In this document: positions 13,452-27,086 of the stretch, piece after piece
How positions within the stretch are numbered: position 1 is the first letter of the stretch
Layout of the letters: every line of letters begins with the position of its first letter
Source of the DNA: Moniliella sp. 'wahieum'
Lineage: Eukaryota
Assembly: GCA_003971905.1 (NCBI GenBank)
Contig: RSEE01000029.1
Span: 248,001-312,000, forward strand
Direction of reading: 5' to 3'
Length of the DNA stretch: 64,000 nt
The notes under the pieces: generated by a model
Seen by the model: only the letters and a program-made list of their open reading frames with translations
Databases searched by the model: none
Told to the model about the DNA's origin: nothing
Position numbers and translations under genes: made by a program

Positions 13452-14163
13452 GCACTTGCCCGCAATTCAAGCTTCAAGTGCACGTGGTCACCGGCCCTGG
13501 CCGCCTCACGCCTGGGCTGGGTGTTTGAGCTGGGTTTGAACGTTGAACGTTTGACTTTCGCAGTCACGTGCACTGCCTCAGCCAGCCATGAAACCATGGG
13601 TGGGTGACGTGAGACGAGGTTAGGCCGCATTAGGCCGGCCGGGTGACGTCGGTGTTCGCTTCTTAGCTGGCTCCATGTTGGCCTAACCGTCGGGGAATAT
13701 ATGCCTCGCTACCCTCTTGCTGTTGGCTCTGCAGCCTGGGTGTCGAGGGCGCACACGCTGCCTAGACCATCTTGTCGAGCTGAAGGCAGGGATTGGCGTG
13801 ACAAGATGGGGCGCGAGTCACGTATGGCCGGTGATGTTGAATGTGGTCGGTGGACGCGCAACGCATGGTGGTGGTGACGAGGTGCCGCCCCTCCCCCACC
13901 CTGCCTTGGGGGCTGGGCAGCTGGACTGGGCAGTGGGATGACGTCGAGGCCCAGCGCATGGGGTGGGATGCTGCTGATCGGTGATCGGGCAGGCCTGTGC
14001 AGGCGGAATGGAATGGAGAAAAGTTTTTTAGGCCCAGCGCTGCAGCGCAGGGGCCCTGGCACTGGCATGCGGCATGTGACGGCACTTTTAAGTACCGCGT
14101 GCTTGGCCTTTCCTCGCCGCCGCCATCGCCGCCACCGCCACCGCCACCACTCCTTCCACCACC

Positions 14164-16491
14164 ATGGACGACGAGGGCGCCCTTGATTGGTCTCTCCTGC
14201 CCATTACGGACCAGGCCAAGGCTGTCATTGTGCGCCGCCATCTCAATTGGCCCTCCTCGGCGCCTGAGCCTCAGCTTGAGCCCGAACCCGAACCCTCGCC
14301 AGTATATCTCCCCCACACGTCCCCAGCTTCCTTCATCCTTAGCCCCATTTATCGCTGGGTCCACGATCGAGGTGTGCCTGCCAGCAAACGAGCCCACCGT
14401 CACCGGAGATCTTACTCCCTCGCTGGCGTCGCAATTTCTCAACGTCCTGTCCACCTCGACCCGGACAGGGGCCGCGGAAGAGCCCGTGCAGCTCGTGCCC
14501 TCTCACTTTTGGTTGAGCCCAAACGGGCCTTTCTACTGACTGGCTCTGCCCTGGACCGGTCACCTGGCGCTTTGCGTCGCGCCTTTCTAGCTGTGCGTCC
14601 TTCTACTTTGATGCAGTCACCAAACCCAATTCAGCTGGCCACACTACCCACGTTCATCGATTTCCTCTGCGTGTATGGGCACTTCGCCCCCCCGAATCAC
14701 GGGCAACTTCCCTCTATGAACGCACTCCGTCCTCATCGCCCGCGCCTCCCGCTTGGTCGCCATCTACTACACGCTCCTTGTCGCGGGTGAGGGCTGCGTC
14801 TCGATCCGTCTCGCGTGCCCGATCCTTGTCACGGCAGCCTTCGCTCTCCCGTCTGGCCCCTGTGACTTCCTCACCACGTCTGGTACCACAAGCTACCCCC
14901 ACAACATATCTCCTCGTCCCCGATGAGTCGCGGGAATGGATGGACTCCGAAGACGAATGGGAAGAAGACGTGTCGGACAATCGGAGTGCACTTTTTCCTC
15001 TCTCTCATGCCAGTCCGTACCACTCTACTCATCAGAGCCCGCATCGGTCCTGGACAGGCTCGGACCTCAACTCTAGGTCTGAATCGCTGTCGAATTTGTT
15101 TGCGGCCTCTGCTGTTAGTAGGCCGCTCTCGGTAGTAGAGCGTTACCTTGACTCGGCATCGTGGGCCTATGATCGAATTCGGTCCAGTTGGGCTGAGGGG
15201 GAACATACGCCCTTGTTATTCCCCGACTCCGTCGGTAACAGGAGCTACACTTTCCTCGACTATCGTCCCTCGCGTCCTGTCCGACCCGTGCGTTTGCGAT
15301 CGACGGCCAGGACATGTCTACTCTACACACGATACTTTCTCACTCCCATCCCCCTTTTGCTCCTGAGTCCGGGCGCGGGGGCGATGGGCATGTCCTATGT
15401 CATCTTAGCGGCCGCATTGGTCGCCCTTCTGGCAACGTACGTTCTTGCCCACGCTCGTCTTACCCCTAACCCTTCTCATGCGCTGAATGGTGTATTGGGC
15501 GTTTTGGGGTCCTTGGGCATGGCAGCCATTAATCTCGCTCTGGCTGCTGCCTATGTTTCCGACTTGGTCAACCTTGTCATGGATCCACAAGAGCGCGGTG
15601 GGTATTCTTCCTCGGCCGAGATTACCGTGGCTACTCAAGCCCCTCATCCGCCACCACACACCGTCACCCGTCTCTTCACCTTCCCTCCACCATCGTGGGT
15701 GTACGTGGTCATCTGCGGAGTCGGCTTACTCCCCTCCGTCCTGTCCCGCCATCGAAAGTGGGTGAAGTTAATTGGCGTTTTGGCCGAGATGGGTCTGGCG
15801 GTGGTCCTGCTCGGGACCTTATTTGCACTACACCTTCTCCAACAATTGTTACCTTGCTCCCCCCTGTTTCGCTCATTCCTATCACATGTCTTTCTCTGTG
15901 CCATCTCGCGCCTGTCCCGGATCTAGTGGCACGGATGTTTTCCGGCCCACGCTACACGGGCGCTTCTTCCCCCTCTACTTGGTCTGAGCGCACTGCTCGT
16001 GTTGTCATCGCCCCCTTGGCGGACTTGGGCGTCGCGCCATCATGACATTTCTGCGTATCCCCTCGCTCCATCGGCCCTGGACTTGCTCCCCCCCAACTGG
16101 GATTGATTTTCAAAGCGATTGCTGCGGGCGCGCTTGTACTCCAATCGCCCACGCATTTGGGTCGCGCGATCCATTGGACCGAGCAACGTTGGCTGCCAGG
16201 ACGAAGCGGAAGTTTGATCCTTGGACCAAGGCGTGCAAGAATTTGATCCGCTTTTTGGCGTTGGGTGTGAGCACCACTGGCGGCGCCTGTTGTGCACAGG
16301 AAGTACTGTTCCTTGCATCGCTCGTGGGAGCCCTGACGGCTCTTCCAGGCCTGCTTTTGGTCTCTTTTGTTGCCTGGCCCGGACGAGGTCAGACTTGCTG
16401 GGCTGGACAAGCGCTACTGGCTGTGGCCTGCGCCTTAGGCGTTGCAAGCTTGATCCTTGCCATATTCTTCCCGGCCGATCTGCCGTTCTAA
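14164..16491 (+). CDS. Hypothetical multi-pass membrane protein with long Ser/Arg-rich N-terminal region (possibly a transporter; frameshifted)
   Basis: Chain of + strand ORFs (14164..14790, 14778..15926, 16042..16491) with several hydrophobic helices, e.g. MSYVILAAALVALLATYVLA and LIGVLAEMGLAVVLLGTLF. Family not recognised. Confidence 0.5.
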
Positions 16492-18379
16492 ACTAACCAA
16501 CCCTTTTTTGTCTCTCCGCCGTTCTCCTTTTTCTCGTCGCGTTTCCTCCTCAGTCTAGCACAATGTCGATTGCACCTCTGTTCTTCATGCCTTGCTCCTC
16601 TTGACGCTCTTGACGATCTCCCGCCACCTTGACGCTTTGCCTGTATTTTTACCCACATCAATCCAAAATCTGCTCCAGCATGTGATTGGCAAATGAAGTC
16701 CTTCTACACCCTTTGGCTCCTCGAATCTGCTCCCCTGCATAACCGTTTTGTACCGCAGGCTTTTGTCTGCTTCCCATGAGAAATACTTATTAGTGCCTCC
16801 CTATTCGCATCCGTCAAGACGCATGTTGTGTCTGCCATCGTAATGTGCCCTCACAACTGGCTACAAGGGACGATTAGTGTTGCAAACAGCAGAGTTGGAA
16901 AAAGGCTGCGGACTCACTGAGTACTGATGGTGCAAGGGGGGCGGGGGTGATACTACTAAGGACTGAGGACACCGTCTGTGTTGAACGTGTAATGTACGAT
17001 CCATTCCTCGCTACTGCATTCTTACGGTCTTCGAGTCTCGTGACGGCCTATAGGGTGGATGCCGACAGGTGCTGTGTGATGGCTAGGGGTCACCCCCATC
17101 ACCCCCTTATATTCGCCATACAGGAAAGGAAGTCCACCATCATCCAGGAAGGAGAACATCGCCTATACGACCAGCACAGGCTGCTGCTTATTAACAAAGA
17201 GGGCATTTTGAGGATGCTGTCCTCAGTCAGCGGCTACTTACCTCCTTTGTCGTGATTTCCTTCTTGTCTTGCTTAAACCATTATTGACAGAGCGAAGCAG
17301 GCGCGAAGCCTGCGAAAGCGCCGCGGCACTGTAAAATCGATCTGAGATCTGATAACATTTCCCTGTATCATACGGAGAAAAATAACTGTTCGTATGGGAC
17401 AGCGGAGAGACCAACAAACTTAATCTAATCACAACCGCTGTGCATCTATCATTGTGCCTGAACGATGATGAACTGAACTAACCTATGAAGCTCCCAGGCG
17501 GATGGCAACAGGAAACTGTGGGAGGCGGATGCATACATGTGGCTGGCGTATGCCACTTGTCGATGGCGTTTTTGCGGCAGAGAGGACATTATAATGTCGA
17601 CATCTTCACATCGTCGTTCCACGCGTTTTGGGCGAGCGAGCTTGAGTCACAAAACCGGGGAGTAGACTGGAATTATTGCTTCTGTGGTGGCCTATATAGT
17701 CGGACTTGAATTCAAGGTTGAACCCGATTACGCCGGTTATATCGGTTACCAGTTACCACTTACCGGTTATCCGTTACGCGTTACGCCCGGCCATATCCCG
17801 AGCGAAGAGTTGGTGGGGTGAGAAGGTATTTTGGCCGCACAGCACCTCAGGACATGCATGTCGCTTTTTTGAAATAGCCGAGGACTTTTTACTAGTCGGA
17901 AGATCCGAAGCTTTTGACGCACAAACAAGTCGCGAAAAGTGAGGCCCCAAACTCCAAGCTCTGATCCGAGCCCCAATTGTCTTAACAGGCCCGAGTCTGT
18001 AGTCACATGTCACAGTCAGCCACACTCCTTAAAAAGCAACAAAGGGGCCTCCTACAAAGCAATAAGAGATTGTGGATCAACGTGACCAACACACACTAAC
18101 GTTGGGCGCTGAGCCTCGCTGAGCGCGCGCCGAACTTTCATCTTCAACGTCAAAACGCGTCAAATGCATCTCAACTCTCAAAACGGCAATCTCTGTGTAC
18201 CTAAAAAACCGCCTCTCAAGCTCTTCAAGCTTTTGCGCGTTATACGCAGCGTTATTAGGGTGTGGCCGCACAGACCACACGCCACTTGAGGGTGGTCTTC
18301 GATGATCGATGGTTAATCGTTCAAGAGCAGCGATGGGATAGCATAGATCGCACCGGACGCAAAAGACCCCTCCCCCTTC

Positions 18380-18423
18380 TGCATCCATATCATTGACAGA
18401 GCTTAAGGCTGGGACAGGGGAAC
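18380..18423 (-). mobile_element. 44-bp 3'-terminal fragment of the CRE-like retroelement
   Basis: Reverse complement GTTCCCCTGTCCCAGCCTTAAGCTCTGTCAATGATATGGATGCA matches the 3' ends of the other copies. Confidence 0.8.
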
Positions 18424-18764
18424 ATAAAATGCAGCGTTATTCTTATTTCCCCTTTCTGCTGGTCGATGTGCAAGAACTAGACTGTAATATTCGTGACTTT
18501 TACTGACTGGAGTGACTTAGTGAAGCAAAAGCTGAGAGAGAGAATGAGATGTGAGATCCGTGAGGTCTCAGAGTTCACACTTTCAGCAGACGTTCGGAGC
18601 TGTGGGACGGTGAAGAGCAGGTAATATAGGGGGGCTATCGGTGCCAATGCATCGGGGGGGGGGGGCATTGGGGCATTATCAAACCCTTGGCAAACCACAT
18701 GTCGTCACATACATGTCACACATTGCAAAGACCCAACTCTGACTTATAAAAAAGTTTTTACACT

Positions 18765-18988
18765 GGATATCTACTACGTTCATCGATCCGTGTCCACATG
18801 CGCTACCTCGGGTACGGGACCGGATGGCGAGCACCAGAGGGGCCTGATATCCTGGCGATCCCCGTGGTTCCCCAGCAGTGGTGGCGCTACCAAGTAACAC
18901 ACGCAAGAGGAACGGGTCGGTTTATAGGCATAGCGTTTCCCTGTCCCAAGCCTTACTAAGCTTTGTCAATGATATGCATGGATGCAAA
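18765..18988 (+). mobile_element. ~220-bp 5'-truncated copy of the CRE-like retroelement
   Basis: GGGTACGGGACCGGATGGCG..CCTGATATCCTGGCGATCCCC..GCAAGAG..CCCTGTCCCA..TGTCAATGATA is colinear with 2158-2368. Confidence 0.85.
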
Positions 18989-21275
18989 GTGGTGCTCGCT
19001 TGAAAACGCTTGAAGCATGAAGCTTGAACGTTTGAACGTGAACCGTTGTTGAGTGCGTTGAACGTTTGATGAGATCTGGAGTCCTGATGACGCGCACCAG
19101 ATCCTTGAGGGTGATGCAATCGCACTGGTGGTGGTGGTGGTGGTCTAAAAGCCAACCAACAACGCCTATAGTGGAACATCAATAAGCAGCCACAGCCGAC
19201 ATCAGGCCTCAGGGGCTGTGGGGGTTGCGGAACAAAAGGAACACAGAAGTGACAAAACAACGGAACTCCTAGGCCTGCAGTGACTAGTGTGCAGCTAGTG
19301 ACTAGTGATTAGTGAGTACTGAGTAGCTTGTAGGGCCTGAAGCTTGAAGAGGGATTGAAGGAACGGAACACACGAGCCACTGTACTCATACTGAGTGGTT
19401 GAGTGTCGAGTACGTTTTGAGTATACGTGTTGAGTACGTGTATTCTTCAGATCGTTCGACGTTCAACGTTCTCAACGCGCTCAATGCATCTGAGATTCTG
19501 ATATCTGTTGAGAACGTTGAACGTGAGATCTGAGTTGCCCAAACGCTTTGAGCAGAGCAAGCTGGAAGCTCTTGAAGCTTGAAGCTGGACACGTGTCAGG
19601 CTCAGGCGGGCTGGAGCGAGCCGAAGAGTGCCCCGTGCACAGGTGTGTGGAGGCAAAAGTACCGCATAGCCTGCATAGCTCTCTTGCATGGTATCATGCG
19701 TGCTCCATACACCGCACCATGCATCATGATCATGCACCATGCGTGAAGTGACACATGTTGCATGGGCACTGTACCTGTCTCATACACACGTCTAACTTGA
19801 AATTGAAAGACACACAGCAGAATGGGGTGGTTTCGGGTGGGGCTGGTGTGGTGGAGGCCAGAGACGGGAAAGGAGGGTTGCGTGGTGTGTTCCTGCTTCC
19901 AGGGGTGGGTGGGTGGTGGTGTGGCGGGGGTGGCGGCGGTGGAGGCTGTGGAAGAGGTGGGATGGTGGAGTCTGTGTTCAACTGGGAACTGTGTGGTGGT
20001 GCGTTGCGGCCTGCGGCCCTGAGGGCTGTGACATGTGAGGCTTAGGCAGATGCGCCGAGTACGGAGTTATGAGACGGAGGCCTGCGGCGCAGAGGCGCTG
20101 TAGCGCTGCAAGCGCTCTGGCTCAGCGCTGGTGCTCAGCGGGGCTTGGAGCTTGGACGGAGATCGGGGGAGGAAGAGCAACACGACCAACACACACTAGG
20201 CAAGTGGCTGCGCCGGGTCTCCTCACATCGGCCACTGTGCACTGTGCCCGGCTGGGGCAGCTGCCAGGGGGGCGGCACGTGATGCGGAGCTGGCGCGGCG
20301 GCGAACAGCCACGGATCTCAACACCTTTCGTCCGCGCCAGTAGCGGCAGGCAGTAGGGGGTTGTGCCTTGTGGGAGGCTGTGGGGGCATGTGCGCTCAGG
20401 CGCCCCGGCTGAGCGCTGTGCATGTGAGCAAAGTTCGACGCCCGGAATTCGCATTTGGGCGGCGGGGGGGGCAGCGCAGGCACAGCGTGTGACTGGAATG
20501 GGGGGAGCAGCGCAGGATACAGGCGCCATGCGAGCGGGTGGTCCAACCGATCGGCATGCACATGGTGCGTGCTTGGGCGTTGGCGCGTTGGCCCAGGTGT
20601 TGGTGGGCAGCGGCGTCTCAGAACGCACCGCACGCTCTCACAGGCTCACGCCGTGCCCCAGCTGGAGCGCTGCCACTGAGCACGGGTGCTGTGCTGGTTT
20701 GGAGCAGAGGCACGACCGATGATCCATGCTTGATATTTGATGTCGATGGCCGGGGTGGTGACGAGGCGACCGGTGACGGCCTGCTGACTAGTGACTAGTG
20801 ACTAGCGACCGGTGACCGGCGCGGAGCGCTGTGCCTCAGCGCTGATCGATGACCGGTGACCGGTGGGCAGGTGACTGCCGCTGTGCGGGGCGGGCGGTGT
20901 GTTGGTGTCCACAGCGCAGCAGCAAGCGAGGCTGGCGCGGCCAGAGGGTGATTGTGTAATCGGATGGCATGCAGCCAGCCAGCCAGCCAGCCAGCCGTGT
21001 TGGTTTGCTCCTGCATCCTGCCCGGCAGGCGAACCTGGGGCACAGCAGATCGAGCACAGTGCCAATTGTGCGCAGACCCGAGCCAGACGCCAGACGCGGC
21101 AGCCGAAGCACCCCTCCCCCCTCCCCCCCCCGACGTCGCCACCACTGCCTTGCCCGCAGCTCTTCCTGACCCCGTCGGCTGCCACCCACCACCCGCCCCC
21201 CCTCGTACGCTTCCCGTTTCCTGCCGCTCTCCACCCTTCGCCCCTCGCACAGCCGCCTCGCACAGCCTGCGCACC

Positions 21276-24200
21276 ATGGCGTTTGCCCAGCTTCAGTCGG
21301 CCCGCCGCGCTCCTTCGCCCGCTCATGCCGCCTCCTTTGCCCCGCGCGCTGTCCTGGCATCTGCCCCCGCCCCGTCACCGCCCCTGCTTCCGCCTCCTCC
21401 GCCTCCTCCGCCTCCACCTCCCGTCGAGCCTCTCTTCTCGGAGGCCTGGGCCGCCGCCCAAGCCTGACCCGCAAACCGCCCCCTGTTGGCCCCCACCCCC
21501 CGCTAAACCCACACATGCATCCTCGTCCTCCTCCTCTGCCCCTGCCCCTGCCAAGCCATGCCCTATGCAGCTGCCCCCCAGCCTCCGGGCCAAGTCCAGG
21601 CCAGTCGCCGCCCCCGCCCCCTCCCAGCACGGCTGCTGCACCCACCGGCCGCATTCGCACATCCGCCGCGGCCGCGGCCTCAGCCCCACACCCGCACCAC
21701 CTCGACCAGCATTCCTCTTCTGCCCGTGCGGAACGGCCTCGTCCCACCACCCGCCTTGAAAGAGAAAAGAAACGCGAATTCAACGATCCTGCCATGATTG
21801 GCCCTTGGCAGATCGGCGCCCTGATTGGCACTGGTGCCTCTGGTGGTCGGACTCTCCCCCTCGGCTGACGGTCATATGAATGCGTGTGCTAACTGTATCT
21901 CAGGTCGTGTCCGTCTCGCCCATCATGTGAAAACGGGGGTCAAGGCCGCCGTCAAGATCACCCCGCTACCAGCTTGAGTCCAAGCTGGCCGCCAGTGGCA
22001 CGGGACCCGAGGTCCAGAAACGTCTTCACAAGATGGAAGTGGGCATTGAGCGTGAAATCATTGTGATGAAACTGATCAAGCACGACAACTTACTTTCCCT
22101 GATTGATGTGTATGAGACCAAGAAGGTTCTCTATCTCATCATGGAATACGTCGAGGGCGGCGAGTTGTTCGATCACTTGGTCGCCTGTGGTCGCCTTGAG
22201 GTTAACACGGCCGCGACTACTTCCGGCAAATCATGTTTGGTGTGGACCACTGTCACTCCTTCAACATCTGTCACCGTGACCTCAAACCCGAGAATCTCCT
22301 TTTGTCAAAGGACAAGCGCCAAGTCAAGATCGCTGATTTTGGCATGGCAGCACTCCAACACTCGGGTCGTATGTTGGAGACGTCATGCGGTAGTCCGCAT
22401 TATGCTTCTCCTGAGATCGTTAGCGGAAAGTCGTACGGGTACAGCGACCGACATCTGGTCATGCGGGATCATCCTCTTTGCCCTTCTTTGTGGCCGTTTA
22501 CCGTTTGATGACCCCAATATGAGCACCCTTCTGCAAAAGGTCAAAGATGGTCGCTTCGAGATGCCGCGTCATTTGCGCGACGAGGCGGCCAAGGACCTGA
22601 TCCGGCATGCTGATCGTCGACCCGCGGAAGCGCTATACCATGCCAGAGATCTTCCACCATCCTTGGTTCACGGACTTTGGACGCTTGTCATCGACCAACC
22701 CAGTTCCGGTAGTGACGGATACTGGTCCCATCGAGCTTCCCTTACTCTGGGAGGAAGACGACATTTTCCGTGGCCTTACCTTTCTCTTCCAAGGTTACAG
22801 CAAGGAAAAGCTGCAGGCAGAACTATGCTCGCCAGCTGATACTTGGCCGAAACGATTCTACCGTCTGTTTGCTGAAAAACAGCTGGCTGCCGAGGAGGAA
22901 GAGGAGGAAGAGGAGGAGGATGGGGACTTGGCCACTACTTCGTCCAACGGTTCGTCTGGGGCGCCCTGTTGAGCATTCATCCTCTACCGACTCTCGGCAT
23001 TGCAGGGCTCTCACACCCATGTCCGTGCTTCCTCCACAGCCTCTCATCATACGTCGACAGCGACTTCGTCACCCAATTCGAGCCCGGCCGTGCCTCCGCC
23101 AGAGCTGTATGCCACTTCGAACAAGCGCGCCACGCGCAGGCACCCTTGTCCCAGGCTACCAGCCCCCAAATTGGTGGCCAAAGCGGTCTTCCGGTTCACC
23201 CAATGGTGTCACTCCCCAAGCTGCGGGCGTGGCCGCGGAGGCACTGGCTTCATTACATGCGTACACTATGCGAAATGGGCATGGGCGTCGGCCATCCCTG
23301 TCATCTGCCCCCCTGTTGCTCCGTCAGCAGCAGCAGCGATTGAAGCGCAACGCTATGTACCTACCCCAACCAGCCCTGGGCTAAGCGCATACACTTCTTG
23401 CTCCCGCTACTGCTTATGCGTCTGCCTCCCCTGCCCCCTCCGGCCCAGGTGAAAGGCCATCCAGCGCTCGTCGCCTATCGATCGACTCTTCCTCTGCCCG
23501 ATCCACTACCCCGCAAGTCCTTCTACGCGGTGCTACCCCCGCTGACGCAGCTCACACGGATGCTGTGCCATCCCCCCGGCCGTCCCGCATGTAGGGGATG
23601 ATGCGGCAGTCCAACGCTTCTTCCATGAAGTTGCTGCCGAGCTTGCCATCCTCCGTGCTGAAGGAGGCAACTCTGAGCGTAGCAACCGCCTTCAAGCCAA
23701 GATTGACCAAGCGCAATCGGGTGCGTGGCGGCCCAGTGCAGCGTCGACGCCTACACCTGGCCAGGGGTACCCGCTCAATCAGCTTCAGTGCCAGTTTCCC
23801 CTGCTCTCAGCCCAGCACCGCTACCATCAACGTGGACGCATGAAGCCAAGCCGGTTAGTGCACCCTCACCCGCGGGCGCGCGACGCTTTCTGTTCCCCCC
23901 AGTCCAGCATATGGGATGGCACTTTTGAGCGGCTCGAGTCGTCGGGGATCTACCAGCAGTGCCACAAGTCGTGGCCCTTCGGGGGGCACTACCCCCCGTA
24001 GCGATCGGTTCCAAGACGCCGACGAGGACGAAGGAGAGCCCGATCTGACCGATGTGCCGGGCGAGAGGGTTCCTACCTTTTGGTGGCCGTGCATCGGTGT
24101 TGTCAGCGCACGAGTCTACCATTACCGGTCCTTCCCCAGCGCCTGCCTTTTCCCTGGGCCCTGGGTCGGTTTTGGGTTTGGGTCTGCCAGGCCAATCTAG

Positions 24201-25472
24201 CCCGGCAATGGATGGAAGAGAAGCGGGGCGCCGGCCGAGAACCGAGCCGGTTGTCAAGCGGTTCGACGGCCTTGTCAACCGCTTCAACGACCACTTCAGG
24301 TACGACAACGGCTCCGAGCACCAACAAGAGCGCTACTAATAGCCCATACACACCCATCTCGCCGGGTCTGACCGCCTTGCCTCCTCTGACGTTCAACCCT
24401 ACTACGGAAGGGGACTTTGGTCTTGCCTTCACCTCCCTCGGCAAGAGTGCGGGGCTACAGCTCACTCGGCTGAACCCCACGTGGCGCTAAAAGCTCCCTT
24501 CCGGATCTGTCACTAGGACCAAAGACGAGCCGCACCCCTCCAAGCGTCACGTCCGCTTTGCCTCCAGTGCAGGCCAATAGCTCTCGTATTTCGTCCCGTC
24601 GGCTTACTCGAACGTCGAATGGGTTTGGAAGTCCCACTGTAGGGGCCACATCTATTGACCCGAATCATTTATCGAGGAGTGGCTCAGGTGGGAACGAGTC
24701 TGGGACGCAGCTTCCGCCTTCGACCAATCCTTTCCCTGGTGGCTCTTGGTCGGGCGACTGGCATGGCAGCTCTGACCAATGCGTTGGGCCTGGACCCTCA
24801 TCCGTCTGGCACCGATTCCCGTCCTCTATCGCAGACCTACTTCCGTCCTCTGCTGCCGGTTCGCACTCTTCTCCTCCCGTCGCAGCATCAGCGCGGGCAG
24901 TCAGTGCAGATGCTACGCCCACACTGAGCTCGCTCGGTTGGTGGTGCGACATCCCACCCGAAGAAAAAGCCGAGCTTGACACGCCTCCAGCAGCGCAGCC
25001 CGGGTCTTCCCCTTCGCCTTTCGGGGCACAAGGACGAACCTCTGCCTCTACAGGCAACGAGCCACTTGGGGCACTTCAGAGTCCTCGTCAGGCTTCGTGG
25101 TTTGGCAGTATTTTCAACCGAAAGCCTTCTTCGTACACCCTCTACTCCTCGGCTGGCGTCACGCAGACACGGCAGACACTCTTGACACTGTTACCACAAG
25201 TCGCTTCGGTGAGCATGGTGGACATCCCTGCCCCTCGTTCCTCCATACCTGGATCCGCCTTTTTGCGTGGAACAGCGACAAGCGCTAAGAAGGCAGTCAA
25301 ACTCCGTGTCGAAGTCTGTCCCATTGCCTCTCAGCCAGAGGAGGCAGAGGTTGCGCCTGCAGGAACACAAGTGCGCATCAAGTTCCTCCATGAGCGTGGC
25401 TCGCATGCCACTCCAAGCTGTACACGGGGCGCTGAGAGAAATGTGGACGCTAAGCCCAAGCCAGTAATGTGA
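21276..25472 (+). CDS. Nim1-family Ser/Thr kinase (Hsl1/Gin4/Cdr2-like) with putative C-terminal KA1 domain; intron ~21843-21903; several frameshifts
   Basis: [110 protein letters not shown]. Tail [11 protein letters not shown]. Intron ends GCTAAC..CTCAG. Confidence 0.9.
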
Positions 25473-26322
25473 CATGCTACCTTTCATTTTCTCTCCTCTT
25501 GGTCCCTACCAAACCTTCCTGTTCTCGTTTTTCCTTCTTTCCTGTTCCCCTCTTCCCTTGTCTTTCCTTTCTTGACGCCTATCCGATCTCACGCTCGTTC
25601 CCTACTAGCTACACTCTCATTTGGCCCCTCCTGAGGCCCCCCTTTTTGTATCCTATGCTGCTTTCCAGGCTCCCAGCCGATCTGCCATTGGCTTCCATTC
25701 TTCTCCTTTCCTCTTTCTTCTCAACTTTCCTTCCTTCTTTCCTTTCCTCTTTTCCCCTCGGGACCTATGTGTCTGTGTCAATATGGATGCATGTGTTTGT
25801 CCGGATGCATAATACGAGTCCTTTTTATTTCTTTTCCCTTACCTCAACAACTTTTTTTCTCTCACCTGTCCTGTTTTTTGTTCGTCTCATTCTATACTCT
25901 GGATTCGTGCTTGCCCGCCCGCCCGCCCTTTTCCCATCGTCAACCTCATATGTCTGTCGACAGATCGAAAGATCGAAAGATGGAAGATCGAACGGCCCGC
26001 CTCATCCCTAATGTCTATTACTGATGCCATGGATTGTTGGACCTCGCGTTGAGCGTTGAGCTTCATGATCATGATCAGCTTGTGAACGCAACTGTGCTCA
26101 TTCACCGGGTTCGCCCGACGGCTTATTGGTGGGCTCTTAATCCACTTTGATTTTTCTCCTATTATTGGCTCTAATATGGGGCCGCAAAGGGTAGCGGGGA
26201 AGAGAGAGGCAAGGAGACGGCCCGAACTTTAGAGTATTAATTAGGGATAGGTTTGTGGAGCGACAACTCTTGGCAATCAAGAACGCTCAGTGCCGAGCCA
26301 ATCGCGATCATCCCTAGAGAAC

Positions 26323-27086
26323 GTCCATTTCATTGGCAGACTTAAGAAGGCTGGGACAGGGGGAACGCTACGTCTAAACGTAACCGTTCATCTTGCGGGG
26401 GTTACTTAGGGGCGCCACCAGGGTCAAGGAACCAGGGGGATCGCCAGGATATCAGGACCCTCCGGCTCATGCCATCCGGTCCCGTACCCTAGGAAGCGCG
26501 TATGGACACGGAGGAACGTGGTTGACATCCGAGCGAGGAACCATTTCCACTGAGACTTAGTAGCCAACTCCTTCCAATGCGCAAACAACTTGCTCGCCGT
26601 CTTGGTGCCGTAGTATCCTCGCGTCGTCAAAACCAGGGGGAAAAACGTCTCTTGAGTGCGTCCCTGGTACTTGGCGTTCTTCTCGCATTCTGCTTGTTCA
26701 AGCATCCGAAGCAGCTCCTTCTCCCGGCGTTCCAAGGGGGTTGCGGTGCTCGCGTGCACCACCCTCCGGAACGCGCTGCTGCTGCCAGTGATCCCGTGTC
26801 GCGCAGCGTGTGGTCGACCTCCATTCCTGATCCTCCCAGTGCTCCGGGTCCCATCACGCGGTAGTCAGTGCGCTGTGTCCTCTGTCTCCGGCCATCCTCG
26901 TCCTCCACCATTGGTTCGTTGTGGACATGGGTGTCGGGAATGGAGCGTAGGAGCTGGAGAATGGGCTCCCGCACTGCGTCATGCAACGCTCCAAACTTGG
27001 CCTGGGAGCGAGTGCAATACATGATGTGCTCCAGCGAGGACATGAACCGCACTTGCACATGCTGCGGCACAGCGTGCGGAGCTGGA
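26323..27086 (-). mobile_element. ~760-bp 5'-truncated copy of the CRE-like retroelement
   Basis: Minus-strand ORFs SSLEHIMYCTRSQAKFGALHDAVREPIL..RTDYRVMGPGALGGSGMEVD and LERREKELL..FPLVLTTRGYYG..PDILAIPLVP* closely match copy 1. Confidence 0.88.
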
